From NCBI GenBank assembly GCA_963838485.1, contig CAWIRY010000115.1:2323-66322 (forward strand): a stretch of DNA of 64,000 bases. The letters are read 5' to 3'. A program made the position numbers and the translations under genes. Numbering within the stretch: position 1 is the first letter of the stretch; the number at the start of each line of letters is the position of its first letter. The DNA comes from an uncultured delta proteobacterium. Its GTDB lineage: Bacteria > Desulfobacterota > RBG-13-43-22. Of this stretch, positions 48,676-58,333 are shown in pieces. The notes under the pieces were generated by a model. It was given only the letters and a program-made list of their open reading frames with translations. It was not told the origin of the DNA and ran no database searches.

Positions 48676-48722
48676 GCTGAAAATACTGGCATTAAGAAAC
48701 CGGTAACCCCTATCGGTCTTAT

Positions 48723-48911
48723 TTACCACCAACTTGCAACCTTATCATGAGAAAAGATAAGCTCCACCAGTTTGGCGTAATCCACCTCTCCTTCATAAAG
48801 AGAAAAACTATCCGCCTCGTTTTCCTCGGAAAGGATTTTGGCTAATTTAAGGACTTCCTCAGTAGGCCTGGATCGATAAATGTGTAAGAGTTTCATGGCT
48901 ACCTCATTCAA
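48723..48911 (-). CDS. DsrH/TusB-like small protein (tentative).
   Basis: 62 aa, MKLLHIY...SFSLYEGEVDY...VASWW, which resembles the TusB/DsrH pattern. It follows a DsrE-DsrF-like gene pair. Confidence 0.4.
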   Translation of the reverse strand: MNEVAMKLLHIYRSRPTEEVLKLAKILSEENEADSFSLYEGEVDYAKLVELIFSHDKVASWW

Positions 48912-49033
48912 GGTTCAAGGTTCAAGGTACGAGGTATAAAGTTTAAAGAAAAACCACATGCCGGATATTTGTATCTCCCATCAAAAGTTTTTCAATACCC
49001 ATTCCTTTTGAGGGCACCACAAGGCATGAAAAA

Positions 49034-49122
49034 GGATTCGGGGGTCCGGGGGTCAAGGATTCAAGTGAAAGGGTTGAATTAAAACCCCTTGAACCCTCGA
49101 CCCCTGGAATCCTGGAACCCTA
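49034..49122. repeat. Member of a dispersed short intergenic repeat family (GGATTCAAG...AAAACCC...TTGAACCC, imperfect palindrome).
   Basis: Shares about 60-70 nt with 62187..62265. Related GGTTCAAGG tandem or half copies occur at 48905..48940, 51019..51052, 61154..61186 and 34438..34472 (reverse orientation). Confidence 0.6.
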
Positions 49123-49130
49123 TTTTCGAA

Positions 49131-50988
49131 CTAAAAGGGAACTATAAAATCCATTTCTTTTAATTTTTGACCCAATTGTTCATAGGTAATGGGCTGAAAC
49201 CCATACTTCTCCACATTGGCCGGGACGTTGGAATATAATTCACCCTCCATATCCAGGACTGTGCGTCTTCAGCCACGATTGGACAAAGTTAGCATTAAAG
49301 GAGTTTGCATTTAGATAGCTGGTCTGGGCAAAAGTGGCTATAATTTAAATAGCCATAGAAAGGAACAAGAGGATGGAAACAGCAATCGCCCAGAAAGTGG
49401 ATCAGGAAGAAAGAGCACCGCAGGGAAGCGCGGCAAAACTCATCAGGGAAATTCGGACTAAGAACCGCAGGAAGTTCTCCTCAGAAGACAAGATCAGGAT
49501 TGTACTTGAAGGATTCCGAAAGGAACAACCCATCTCAGACCTCTGTAGAAGAGAGGGCATTTCATCTGCCCTTTACTATTCATGGCTCAAGGATTTCATG
49601 GAAGCAGGCAAGGCGCGCCTTAAGGGTGACAGCCTGAGAGAGGCAAACAATATTGAAGTCAAGGAACTCCGGTCAGAAAACGGCAGGCTGAAAGAGCTGG
49701 TAGGAGAACAGGCCCTGCATCTGCAGCTTTTTAAAAAAAGTCTGAATCCGTAGCGGAAGGCTGGTACCGGAAGATGGATGGGAAGAGCAGAGAGGATCTG
49801 ATCGTGAAGATAGAGAAGCAGGAAGGCAAGAAGGGTGAGGCGCTCAGAGACCTGGATATACCAAGGTCTACCTATTACACCTGGCGGAAGGCCTATCAGT
49901 CACAGGGGATAGAAGGCGTTACCAAGACAAAACCCTCAGCCAAACGTATATGGAACCGACTGAGAGCGGTTGAGGTCGAGCAGGTGCTTGAAATTGCTCG
50001 CCTTACTCCAGAGCTTTCTCCAAGGCTTCTGGCTGTGAAGATCAGCGATGAAGAGGTCTTCTCAGTGTCAGAATCAACGGTCTATCGGATACTGAGGGAC
50101 AATAACCTGATAGCTCCCCGTCCACTTCCGGAGATGCCGGCTGAGAAACAGTGGAGGCATAAGACCGCTCATCCTGATGAACTTTGGCAGTGTGACGGAA
50201 CAAGCCTTTTTGTCATAGGATGGGGATACTACAAGCTCATCCCTGTTGAGGATGATTACTCACGAAAAATAATAGCTCATGACTTACGGCCTGATGAAAC
50301 AGGATTCAGCGTATCGGACATAATGGAGATGGGCATAGAGAACGCCAGAAGAGAAGGGCATCTGGTTGCCGCCATGCCGAAACTTTACACAGACAATGGC
50401 TCAGGCTTTGCCTCAAAGGTCCTTGCCGGGTATCTGGACGTCCATGGGATAAGACATATCTTCGGCACCCCATATCATCCTCAGGGCAGAGGGAAGATTG
50501 AGCGATTCAATCGGAGGATCAAGGAGAAGCTATGCCTTATGGTTTACTGCTCTCCCGATGAGCTCAAAAAGGCAATTGATGAGGCCATAGCAATCTATAA
50601 CGCTACCCCGCATGAAGCATTGAACAACGTATCCCCCAATGATGTCTATGCGGGAAGAAAGGAGGCCATTCTACAGAAGAGAAAAGAAAAAAAACAATTG
50701 ACCATGCAGCGGAGGAAACAGTACAATTTATACGGCAATGGGATTAACAATGATGGCTCAGATCAGTATCAAAGTGCAAACTCGCTATGACAAAATCTGT
50801 CCAAAAAGGTCTGAAGATATACAATCCAGGACCCAATCCAGATTTTCGCGAAAAGGCTCGGTCATTTCCACTTCATGATCAAGGACAAAGAAATACACCG
50901 AGTTATTCTCTGCAGCCAAGCCCAGGGTTGAGCGAAGCCCTTCCCAGTCTTCCTCCTTGGATCTTATTAAGAAAGCCACTTTTTTCAT
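49131..50988 (-). pseudogene. DsrF/TusC-like gene split by an IS insertion (N-terminal part 50824..50988, C-terminal part 49131..49258).
   Basis: N-terminal part [40 protein letters not shown]...DWVLD. C-terminal part VLDMEGELYSNVPANVEKYGFQPITYEQLGQKLKEMDFIVPF*. Both junctions carry GTCCTGGAT. Confidence 0.6.
49259..50823 (+). mobile_element. IS3-family insertion sequence: orfA 49373..49753, an A7 slippery site at about 49733, orfB 49774..50790 with an rve DDE domain. Imperfect terminal IRs TGTGCGTCTTCAG... / ...CTGAAGATATACA. Flanked by a 9-bp direct repeat ATCCAGGAC.
   Basis: OrfA has an HTH and leucine zipper (…LKDFMEAGKARL…ELVGEQALHLQLFKK). OrfB has DDE residues (DGT.., ..TDNGSGF.., ..E). 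The ends begin with TG and end with CA. Confidence 0.85.
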
Positions 50989-51055
50989 GTTGTTGTTCTC
51001 TCTTTATTACTGGTTTTTCCCCGGCCCCTTGACCCCTCGAATCCTGGACCCCTTT

Positions 51056-51364
51056 TTACATCACGATATAACGGTCCACTTCGTCGATCATCTCACCGTG
51101 GCGGGCCTGGGTGCCGAAATCTTTATCCCCTATTCCGGGGGCCGGCTTCCCTTTCAAGCCTTTAGATTCATAACTCACATTGCACAGGGATTTTTTCCCG
51201 AGACCGATCAACTCTTTGAACTCAGGTTCCTGGGTCAACATGACCCCTTTGTGGGTAAAGAAGAGAATCACTTCTTTGCCGGCCGCTTCGGCGGCCTTGG
51301 TGATTTCGATCACATGTCTGAGGTTTTTATCGGAGGAAACGAAGATCCCCAATTTTTCAGCCAT
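51056..51364 (-). CDS. DsrE/TusD-like family protein.
   Basis: 102 aa, MAEKLGIFVSSDKNLRHVIEITKAA...ILFFTHKGV... Confidence 0.65.
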   Translation of the reverse strand: MAEKLGIFVSSDKNLRHVIEITKAAEAAGKEVILFFTHKGVMLTQEPEFKELIGLGKKSLCNVSYESKGLKGKPAPGIGDKDFGTQARHGEMIDEVDRYIVM

Positions 51365-51379
51365 GACCTGCTCCTTATT

Positions 51380-51616
51380 TTATTTTTTCTTGACGTAAAA
51401 ACGGACAAACCCCTGGTCTTCTTTTTCTCCAAGATAGGTGTTTCCCGTACGATTGGTCCAGCCGGGCAGGTCATTTCTGGTCCCCGGATCGGTACTCATA
51501 ATCTCTAAGATCTGTCCGGATTTTAGGGTTTCAATAGCCTTTTTGGTTTTTAAAACCGGCATAGGGCAACTGAGTCCCCGGGCATCCAAAGTTTGATCGG
51601 GTTTAATATCTTCCAT
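51380..51616 (-). CDS. TusA-like sulfurtransferase (CPxP).
   Basis: 78 aa, LDARGLSCPMPVLKTKKA. Confidence 0.85.
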   Translation of the reverse strand: MEDIKPDQTLDARGLSCPMPVLKTKKAIETLKSGQILEIMSTDPGTRNDLPGWTNRTGNTYLGEKEDQGFVRFYVKKK

Positions 51617-51839
51617 GATGATTTCCTCCTTTTTGGATAAACTATAAGTTTACAACCGGATGTTGTCAAATGGTAATTTTTGGAAATTTTTCCTTGAAGA
51701 TGTCCGGCCCCAAGCCTAATTTATAGGTTTACAGCCCCGGCTTTTTTTAGTAAGACGGTCATTAATGAAAGTAACCGTTCGGAGTTTAAGGGCGAAGTTT
51801 AGAAAAATAGTTGGGAAGGAATAAAAACGACTTCAGGGT

Positions 51840-53957
51840 ATGGGAAAAATCGATTACCAAAAAAATCTAACCAAGACCCAGCAGGAGGCGGTTTTTTCAC
51901 CGGACGGGCCTACCTTGGTCATTGCCGGGGCCGGAAGCGGAAAGACCCGCACCCTGGTCTATCGGGTGGCCTGGCTGGTTGAAAACGGGATTCCCCCGGA
52001 AAGGATCCTTTTGTTGACCTTTACCCGGAAGGCTTCCCAGGAGATGCTCCGCCGGGTGGAAATCATGCTGGAGAGGTCCTGCCAGGGAGTGGCCGGCGGG
52101 ACTTTCCATTCCTTAGCCTATAAAATCTTGCGGATTCATGGGGCCGCTATCGGTCTTAAAGGACCTTTATCGGTGTTGGATCGGAAGGACAGTGAGGAGA
52201 TTGTCGGCAAGATTATTAAAGAGAATGGATGGGACAAAAATAAGGATCGACCGGATAAAAAGGAATTTATGGAGCTCTTGAGTCGTATTGTCAACCGAGG
52301 CCAAAGCTTCGAAGAAGGGCTTTCCAATTCATTTTTCGAGACGGATTCTAACTTAGCCCAACTCAAGGATCTGAACCTGGAGTATGAGGCCTTTAAAAGA
52401 CAGCATGGCTTGCTTGATTATGATGATCTTTTAAGTCAGTGTCTGCACCTCTTCAGGCAGGAAACCCAGGTGGTCCAAAAACTGGCCTCTTTTTATCACT
52501 ATGTTTTAGTGGATGAATATCAGGACACCAATTTACTCCAGGCCGAAATGGTCCGCCATCTGGCCAGGGGAAATGTCATGGTGGTTGGGGATGATTCCCA
52601 ATCCATTTACGGATTTCGGGGTGCCCACTTTAAAAATATCCTAGACTTTCCAAATCAATATCCCGGGACCCGTCTCATCAAATTGGAGGAAAACTTCCGC
52701 AGCTCCCAGCCGATCCTGAATCTGGCTAATAAGGTCATCAGTTATTCCAAAGAGCGATACAGCAAGTGCCTCTTTTCCCGGTTTAAAAAGGGAGAACCGC
52801 CTTGTTGTCTCGAAGTGCCTTACGAAGAGACCCAGTCCCAGTATGTCACCCAGCGACTTCAGGAATTCCATAACCAGGGGATCCCCTGGGAGGAAATGGC
52901 CGTCCTTTTTCGGGCCGGCCATCATTCCTTTAACCTGGAAGTGTTTCTCCAGAAGCAGGGCATCCCTTTTAAGAAATACGGCGGCCGTCGCTTTGTGGAA
53001 GGGGCCCATATTAAAGATCTCTTGTCCTACTTAAAGGCAATCCACAATCCCAAGGATGTTTTGGCCTGGGAAAGGATCTTGAAACTTTTAGAGGGGTTGG
53101 GACCCAAAAGGGCCCAGGAGATCGTCGAGCGGATGGCGGTCTGCCCGGACTGGCCCTCACGCCTGGAATGCCTTTCTCAATACCCTCGCCTGAAATCTCA
53201 GCTTAAAGATTTTTCGGCCCTGTTCCTGGCGCTGATCGACCAACCCCTTCAGACGCCAACCCAGGCCCTGGAAACGATCTGGGGATATTATAAAAATCTG
53301 TTGCCCGGCCTGTATGAGGAACCGCAGCGCCGGCAGAAAGAGATCGAAGAAATCATCCGGGTCAGCTATAATTATACCGAGACGGAGGCCTTGTTAGGCG
53401 ATTTGAGCCTTGAGGTCTATGAGGAACGAGGCAATCTTGAAAAGGACCGATTGATCCTGTCTACCGTCCATTCGGCCAAAGGTCTGGAGTGGAGGATCGT
53501 TTTCATCATCTGGCTGGCGGAAGGCCGTTTTCCTTCCAACCATGCCCAGATGGATCCGGAGGAAATGGAAGAAGAAAGGCGACTCCTTTATGTGGCCATC
53601 ACCAGGGCTAAAGAAAAGCTATTTATGACCTGTCCGCTCACCCTTTCTCAGAGGGACGGCGGGTGGCAGAAGAATGACCTCTGTCACTTCATCGCCGACA
53701 TCCCTGAAGAGACATTGGCCCGGCAAGGAAGACCGAGCCTGAATCATCCGCCGCGGGTGGAATCAGATTATGTTCATGAAATCCAACCGGAAGATGATAA
53801 TGGTTTTTTAAAAGGGACCAAGGTCTTCCATCCCCTCTTTGGCAATGGGGTCATCCAGGAACCGCCCCGAGAGAGAAAGGTCCGGGTCCTCTTTAAACGA
53901 TACGGCTCCAAGGTCCTTCACCTGGATTATGCCCGTCTGGAAAGAGGGGATTCTTAA
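51840..53957 (+). CDS. UvrD/PcrA/Rep-family ATP-dependent DNA helicase.
   Basis: 705 aa, AGAGSGKTRTL Walker A, ...VDEYQDTN..., and the remaining SF1 motifs. Confidence 0.85.
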   Translation: MGKIDYQKNLTKTQQEAVFSPDGPTLVIAGAGSGKTRTLVYRVAWLVENGIPPERILLLTFTRKASQEMLRRVEIMLERSCQGVAGGTFHSLAYKILRIHGAAIGLKGPLSVLDRKDSEEIVGKIIKENGWDKNKDRPDKKEFMELLSRIVNRGQSFEEGLSNSFFETDSNLAQLKDLNLEYEAFKRQHGLLDYDDLLSQCLHLFRQETQVVQKLASFYHYVLVDEYQDTNLLQAEMVRHLARGNVMVVGDDSQSIYGFRGAHFKNILDFPNQYPGTRLIKLEENFRSSQPILNLANKVISYSKERYSKCLFSRFKKGEPPCCLEVPYEETQSQYVTQRLQEFHNQGIPWEEMAVLFRAGHHSFNLEVFLQKQGIPFKKYGGRRFVEGAHIKDLLSYLKAIHNPKDVLAWERILKLLEGLGPKRAQEIVERMAVCPDWPSRLECLSQYPRLKSQLKDFSALFLALIDQPLQTPTQALETIWGYYKNLLPGLYEEPQRRQKEIEEIIRVSYNYTETEALLGDLSLEVYEERGNLEKDRLILSTVHSAKGLEWRIVFIIWLAEGRFPSNHAQMDPEEMEEERRLLYVAITRAKEKLFMTCPLTLSQRDGGWQKNDLCHFIADIPEETLARQGRPSLNHPPRVESDYVHEIQPEDDNGFLKGTKVFHPLFGNGVIQEPPRERKVRVLFKRYGSKVLHLDYARLERGDS

Positions 53958-53959
53958 CC

Positions 53960-55354
53960 ATGGCCGGCCATCCCTTTGAGCGTTTGAGTTATGACCTGGA
54001 ATACGATCAGGGCCTGTCCTATCTTTACAATTTACAAAAATTCGGTATGAAATTCGGCTTATCCAAGACGGAAAATCTGCTCCGAGCCTTTAATAACCCT
54101 GAAAGACACCTCCGTATGATCCATGTGGCCGGCTCCAATGGAAAAGGTTCGGTGGCGGCCATGTTGTCCTCCATCTACAATCGCGCCGGATATAGGGTCG
54201 GATTATTTACCTCGCCGCATCTGATCGATTTCCGGGAGCGGTTCCAAATTAACGGCCGGATGATCTCCAAAGAGAAAACCCTGGAGTTGGTTAAAGAGAT
54301 CAAGGAAAGGACCGATCCTAATGAGCCCCCGACCTTTTTTGAATTTGTCACGGCCATGGCCCTGCTTTATTTCTATCGAGAAAAGGTGGATCTGGCTATT
54401 ATGGAGGTTGGGCTTGGGGGGCGACTGGACTCCACTAATATCATCGAACCCCTGATAACTGTTATCACTACCATCTCCCTGGAGCATCAGGAATATCTTG
54501 GGGAAACCCTGGGAAAAATCACCCTGGAAAAGGCCGGAATTATTAAACCTAAAATTTTTTTGGTAACCGGGGTCGAACAAAAAAAAGTCCAACGTCTTCT
54601 GGAAAAGGTCTGTCATGAAAAACAGGCCCCCATGTTGCTGGCCGGAAGGGATTTTAAGACAAGAAAGATAGGGCAGGGGAGATTTAGCTATTTGGGATTT
54701 TATAGTTCGGAGTTCGGAATGACAGAACAGTCCGAAGTTCGGAGTTCGGGGTTCGGAGTGGAAGAGGGTGTTCCGAAATTAAATGGGCTCCGCTCGGGCC
54801 TGCTTGGGGATCATCAGATCCGAAACGCCGGTCTGGCCCTTACGGTTATCGATTGTTTAAAGAAAAAATTTCCGGTTAACACAGAAGCTATTCGGGAAGG
54901 GCTTTTGAAGGTGGCTTGGCCGGGGAGGATGGAGGTTTTATCCGAAAGGCCCTGGATCGTCCTGGATGGGGCTCATAATCCCGGGGCCATGAAGACCTTA
55001 GCCCAAAACCTCCCCCGGGTGTTTTCCTATAAAAGGCTTTTGCTGATCATCGGGATGATGAGGGATAAGGCGATTGAGCAAACTTTTAAGTATATGATCC
55101 CCCAGTCCGATATCGTTTTTTTGACCCGGGCCGAATACGACCGCTCAGCCGACCCGGAGACCTTAAGACCTTTTGTCGAGGGGAAAAGTCTGCCCTGCCG
55201 TATTTCAAAAGATATTCCCACAGCCATACAACGAGCCAGGCAGGAAGCCGACCCAGAGGATTTGATTTTAATTACCGGATCACTTTTTATTGTAGGCGAG
55301 GCTCGAGCCTGGTGGGGAAGAGAAGGGTTAAGCCCGAACCCCAATGAAGGTTGA
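53960..55354 (+). CDS. folC: Bifunctional folylpolyglutamate synthase / dihydrofolate synthase.
   Basis: 464 aa, HVAGSNGKGSVAAM. Contains an in-frame repeat-derived insert at about 54700-54780. Confidence 0.85.
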   Translation: MAGHPFERLSYDLEYDQGLSYLYNLQKFGMKFGLSKTENLLRAFNNPERHLRMIHVAGSNGKGSVAAMLSSIYNRAGYRVGLFTSPHLIDFRERFQINGRMISKEKTLELVKEIKERTDPNEPPTFFEFVTAMALLYFYREKVDLAIMEVGLGGRLDSTNIIEPLITVITTISLEHQEYLGETLGKITLEKAGIIKPKIFLVTGVEQKKVQRLLEKVCHEKQAPMLLAGRDFKTRKIGQGRFSYLGFYSSEFGMTEQSEVRSSGFGVEEGVPKLNGLRSGLLGDHQIRNAGLALTVIDCLKKKFPVNTEAIREGLLKVAWPGRMEVLSERPWIVLDGAHNPGAMKTLAQNLPRVFSYKRLLLIIGMMRDKAIEQTFKYMIPQSDIVFLTRAEYDRSADPETLRPFVEGKSLPCRISKDIPTAIQRARQEADPEDLILITGSLFIVGEARAWWGREGLSPNPNEG

Positions 55355-55496
55355 CAAGAGTCTGATATGGTCACCCTTTGGGGGTTATTGAAAAGTGAGA
55401 GGGGACCAAATATATTAGGCGGTTATCTGTTGTAATAGGGGAAAAGATGTGCTAAAAAGTCGGTACAGGTTTTATCTCAGAGTTAGGGAGTTGAAT

Positions 55497-57782
55497 ATGC
55501 CCAACCGGTTTTGGACCCTGGGGATTCTGATTTTTTTACTAATCATCTTGGGGGTGCCCCTTTCTTCCCGACCCGCAGAAAACCTTACAACCATGGGGAC
55601 GGGATCAGGCAAAGAACCCTGGGATATTGAGGCCCGAGAGTTGACCTATGATAAAGACACCGATATCTATACGGCCATTGGAGAAGTGGTCATCAAACAG
55701 GGCACTCAGGTCTTAAAGTGTGATTATGCCCAGGTGGATCACCAAACCATGATTGCCAAGGCCCGTGGGCATGTGCAATTTACTTCAGCCGGGGATGAGA
55801 TGCAGGGAGAGGAATTGACGGTCGATTTAAAGACAAAAAACGGGGAAGTACAAAAAGGACATCTTTTCTTAAAAAAGAATCATTTTTACGTTACCGGTGA
55901 GGAGATTTATAAAATCGGAGAATCCACCTATCGGGTCCAAAACGCGACTCTGACCTCTTGTGATGGGGAAAATGTGCCTTGGGAGATAAAGGCCAAGGAC
56001 TTAGTGGTCACCACCGAGGGTTATGGACAGGCTTGGGGCCCCTCCTTCCTGATAAAAAATTTTCCCATTTTATATTCTCCTTATGCGGTATTTCCGGCCA
56101 AGACCACCCGCCAAAGCGGCTTATTGATGCCCCAGCAGGGATATTCAAGCCGTGATGGCTACACGTTTGACCTCCCTTTTTATTGGGCCATTTCTCAGAA
56201 TACCGACGCTACCTTTTACGAGTATTTGATGACTCGCCGAGGATTGATGCAAGGGGCGGAATATCGGTATGCCCTTTCTCCCCAATCCAAGGGCACCATG
56301 ATGATGGATTATCTCCATAAAGACGGGGCAAGCCAGGAAGAATTCGATAAAGGAGATATCAGTCAACCCTATTCGGAACGGTATTGGTTCCGTTCCAAGA
56401 TGAATCAGGGACTTCCGGCCAATATGGATCTGAAAATGGATCTGGATTGGGTCAGCGACCAGGATTATCTGAAAGAATTTCTGGGTACCCCTGACGGCCT
56501 GAACCGTAATCGACAGTACTTTTTAAGTGAATTTAGTCGGGACCTGGATGATGAAACCCAACTCCTGCGGAGAAATGCCGCGGTACTCACCAAGAACTAC
56601 GGGGCCTATAATTTTACCGGGGGGTTCACCTATTATCAGGACACAACCAATGTCAATAATACCTTGAATCAGCTTCCCTACGCCCGTTTTGACAGTATCA
56701 AACAGGAATTCTTGAAAAACTTTTTTCTGCAATGGGGGTCTTCCTACAACAACTTTTGGCGCAACGAACTGGATCGCGGACAGGTGCTGGAATTGACCCC
56801 GACCGTTTACTATCCCTACAAATTTAGAAGTTATCTTAATCTGGAAGCCTCCCTTGGGGCAACCGAGGACTTATATCAGGTCGACAATAAACAGAGTGAT
56901 TCCGTTGATTCTTGGGGAAATCGTTCGGTTCCCAACTTCCGGTTGGATACGTCAACCGATTTTCAAAGGGTCTTTGACATTGAGGGAGACGAGGTTCAAA
57001 AAATCAAACATACCATCCGACCTCAAATCATCTATAATTATATCCCGGATATTAAGCAGGACTCCCTTCCCGGTTTTATTTCGGCTATTGCCAAGACCAA
57101 TACCCTGACCTATTATTTGATCCAAACCTTTACGTCAAAGTCGTTGCTGGGAAAGAGTCCGCAAGGGGAGGACCTTTTCGGCTACCGGGATTTTCTTTCC
57201 TTGAAATTATACCAGACCTATGACATTAATGTGGCCCAGGAAGGGTCCGTCACTACTACCACGACTATCCCCACCCCCATCAACACCATCCCCATTGTCC
57301 CTCTTACCGCTACGACCGGGAGCTCCACTTCTTCAACGACTGTCTCCCCCACTACTACTACTACCACCACGGTCACTTCACAACCCTTTTCCGACGTTAC
57401 CGCTGAACTGGATTTAATCCCCCGCCAGAATCTAACCTTAAGGTCCAGCGTGGGCTGGTCCCCATATACCAATCGGCTGGATACACAAACGCACAACTTG
57501 ACCCTCTCTGACAAGGCAGGCGATCGGGCCTATATAGAATATTTATCCACCTCAGGGGACCAGTTCCGACAGGTCAATGCCAACTTATACTGGAAAATCA
57601 GTTCCATCTGGGCGGTTAATTTTCTTACCCAATATTCCCTGGACCAGAATAAAAGTTATCAAACTACTATGGGAGTGGCTTATACCCATCAGTGTTGGGG
57701 TATAAAAGTCAATTACATGGATCAGCCGGGTAATTCAACAATACTCTTTTCTTTTTCTTTAAAAGGGTTGGCCGAGTTTTAA
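55497..57782 (+). CDS. lptD: LPS-assembly outer-membrane protein LptD (OstA).
   Basis: Signal peptide, an OstA N-terminal domain, a C-terminal beta-barrel ending ...LFSFSLKGLAEF, and an internal Thr-rich low-complexity segment. Confidence 0.8.
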   Translation: MPNRFWTLGILIFLLIILGVPLSSRPAENLTTMGTGSGKEPWDIEARELTYDKDTDIYTAIGEVVIKQGTQVLKCDYAQVDHQTMIAKARGHVQFTSAGDEMQGEELTVDLKTKNGEVQKGHLFLKKNHFYVTGEEIYKIGESTYRVQNATLTSCDGENVPWEIKAKDLVVTTEGYGQAWGPSFLIKNFPILYSPYAVFPAKTTRQSGLLMPQQGYSSRDGYTFDLPFYWAISQNTDATFYEYLMTRRGLMQGAEYRYALSPQSKGTMMMDYLHKDGASQEEFDKGDISQPYSERYWFRSKMNQGLPANMDLKMDLDWVSDQDYLKEFLGTPDGLNRNRQYFLSEFSRDLDDETQLLRRNAAVLTKNYGAYNFTGGFTYYQDTTNVNNTLNQLPYARFDSIKQEFLKNFFLQWGSSYNNFWRNELDRGQVLELTPTVYYPYKFRSYLNLEASLGATEDLYQVDNKQSDSVDSWGNRSVPNFRLDTSTDFQRVFDIEGDEVQKIKHTIRPQIIYNYIPDIKQDSLPGFISAIAKTNTLTYYLIQTFTSKSLLGKSPQGEDLFGYRDFLSLKLYQTYDINVAQEGSVTTTTTIPTPINTIPIVPLTATTGSSTSSTTVSPTTTTTTTVTSQPFSDVTAELDLIPRQNLTLRSSVGWSPYTNRLDTQTHNLTLSDKAGDRAYIEYLSTSGDQFRQVNANLYWKISSIWAVNFLTQYSLDQNKSYQTTMGVAYTHQCWGIKVNYMDQPGNSTILFSFSLKGLAEF

Positions 57783-58333
57783 ACTCCATCAGGGTGGTCT
57801 ATAAAAAACAGGCCTTGTTATGCTCTAAGGACGGGCTGTTACGGTGCACCCTCTTCAAGTCCGGCCTGAAAGGGCCTTACTCTATTTTTAACCTTTTCTT
57901 TTCCTTCCAAGAAAAAACCCGGCCAACCGCCAGGGCCTATTGTCTAAAGATCCCGATTTTTATTTGATAAGCCGGAAACCAGGCCTTCGCCTTTCATTGC
58001 GAACAGGGCCGTGGGTAGACAGGGTTGGCCCCCAACCCGAAGACAGTAACTTGCCCGGGCAGGGATTGCTTTACTTTACTTGTCATGCCAGACTTTTTAC
58101 GAAGCCGTCATTTTTGATGGACTCGTAAAAACCCGTCATTCCCGCGCAGAGCCTGTCCTCGACCCGATCGGGGACGGGAATCCAGGCCAGGCGTAACGAA
58201 TTAAAAACACTGGATTCCCATTTCCACGGGAATGACTAAAATGGGTGCTTGCGGACTTTTTACGAAGCCGTCATTTTTGATGGACATTTTTTTTGATTTA
58301 TGTTTAATTTAATATTTTTGAAATAAAAAGGCC

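Noticed and set aside
57783-58090. Possible 6S, RNase P or SRP RNA in the lptD-xerC gap.
   Set aside because: None of the conserved core motifs of RNase P, tmRNA or 4.5S RNA were seen. A 6S RNA cannot be judged from primary sequence alone.
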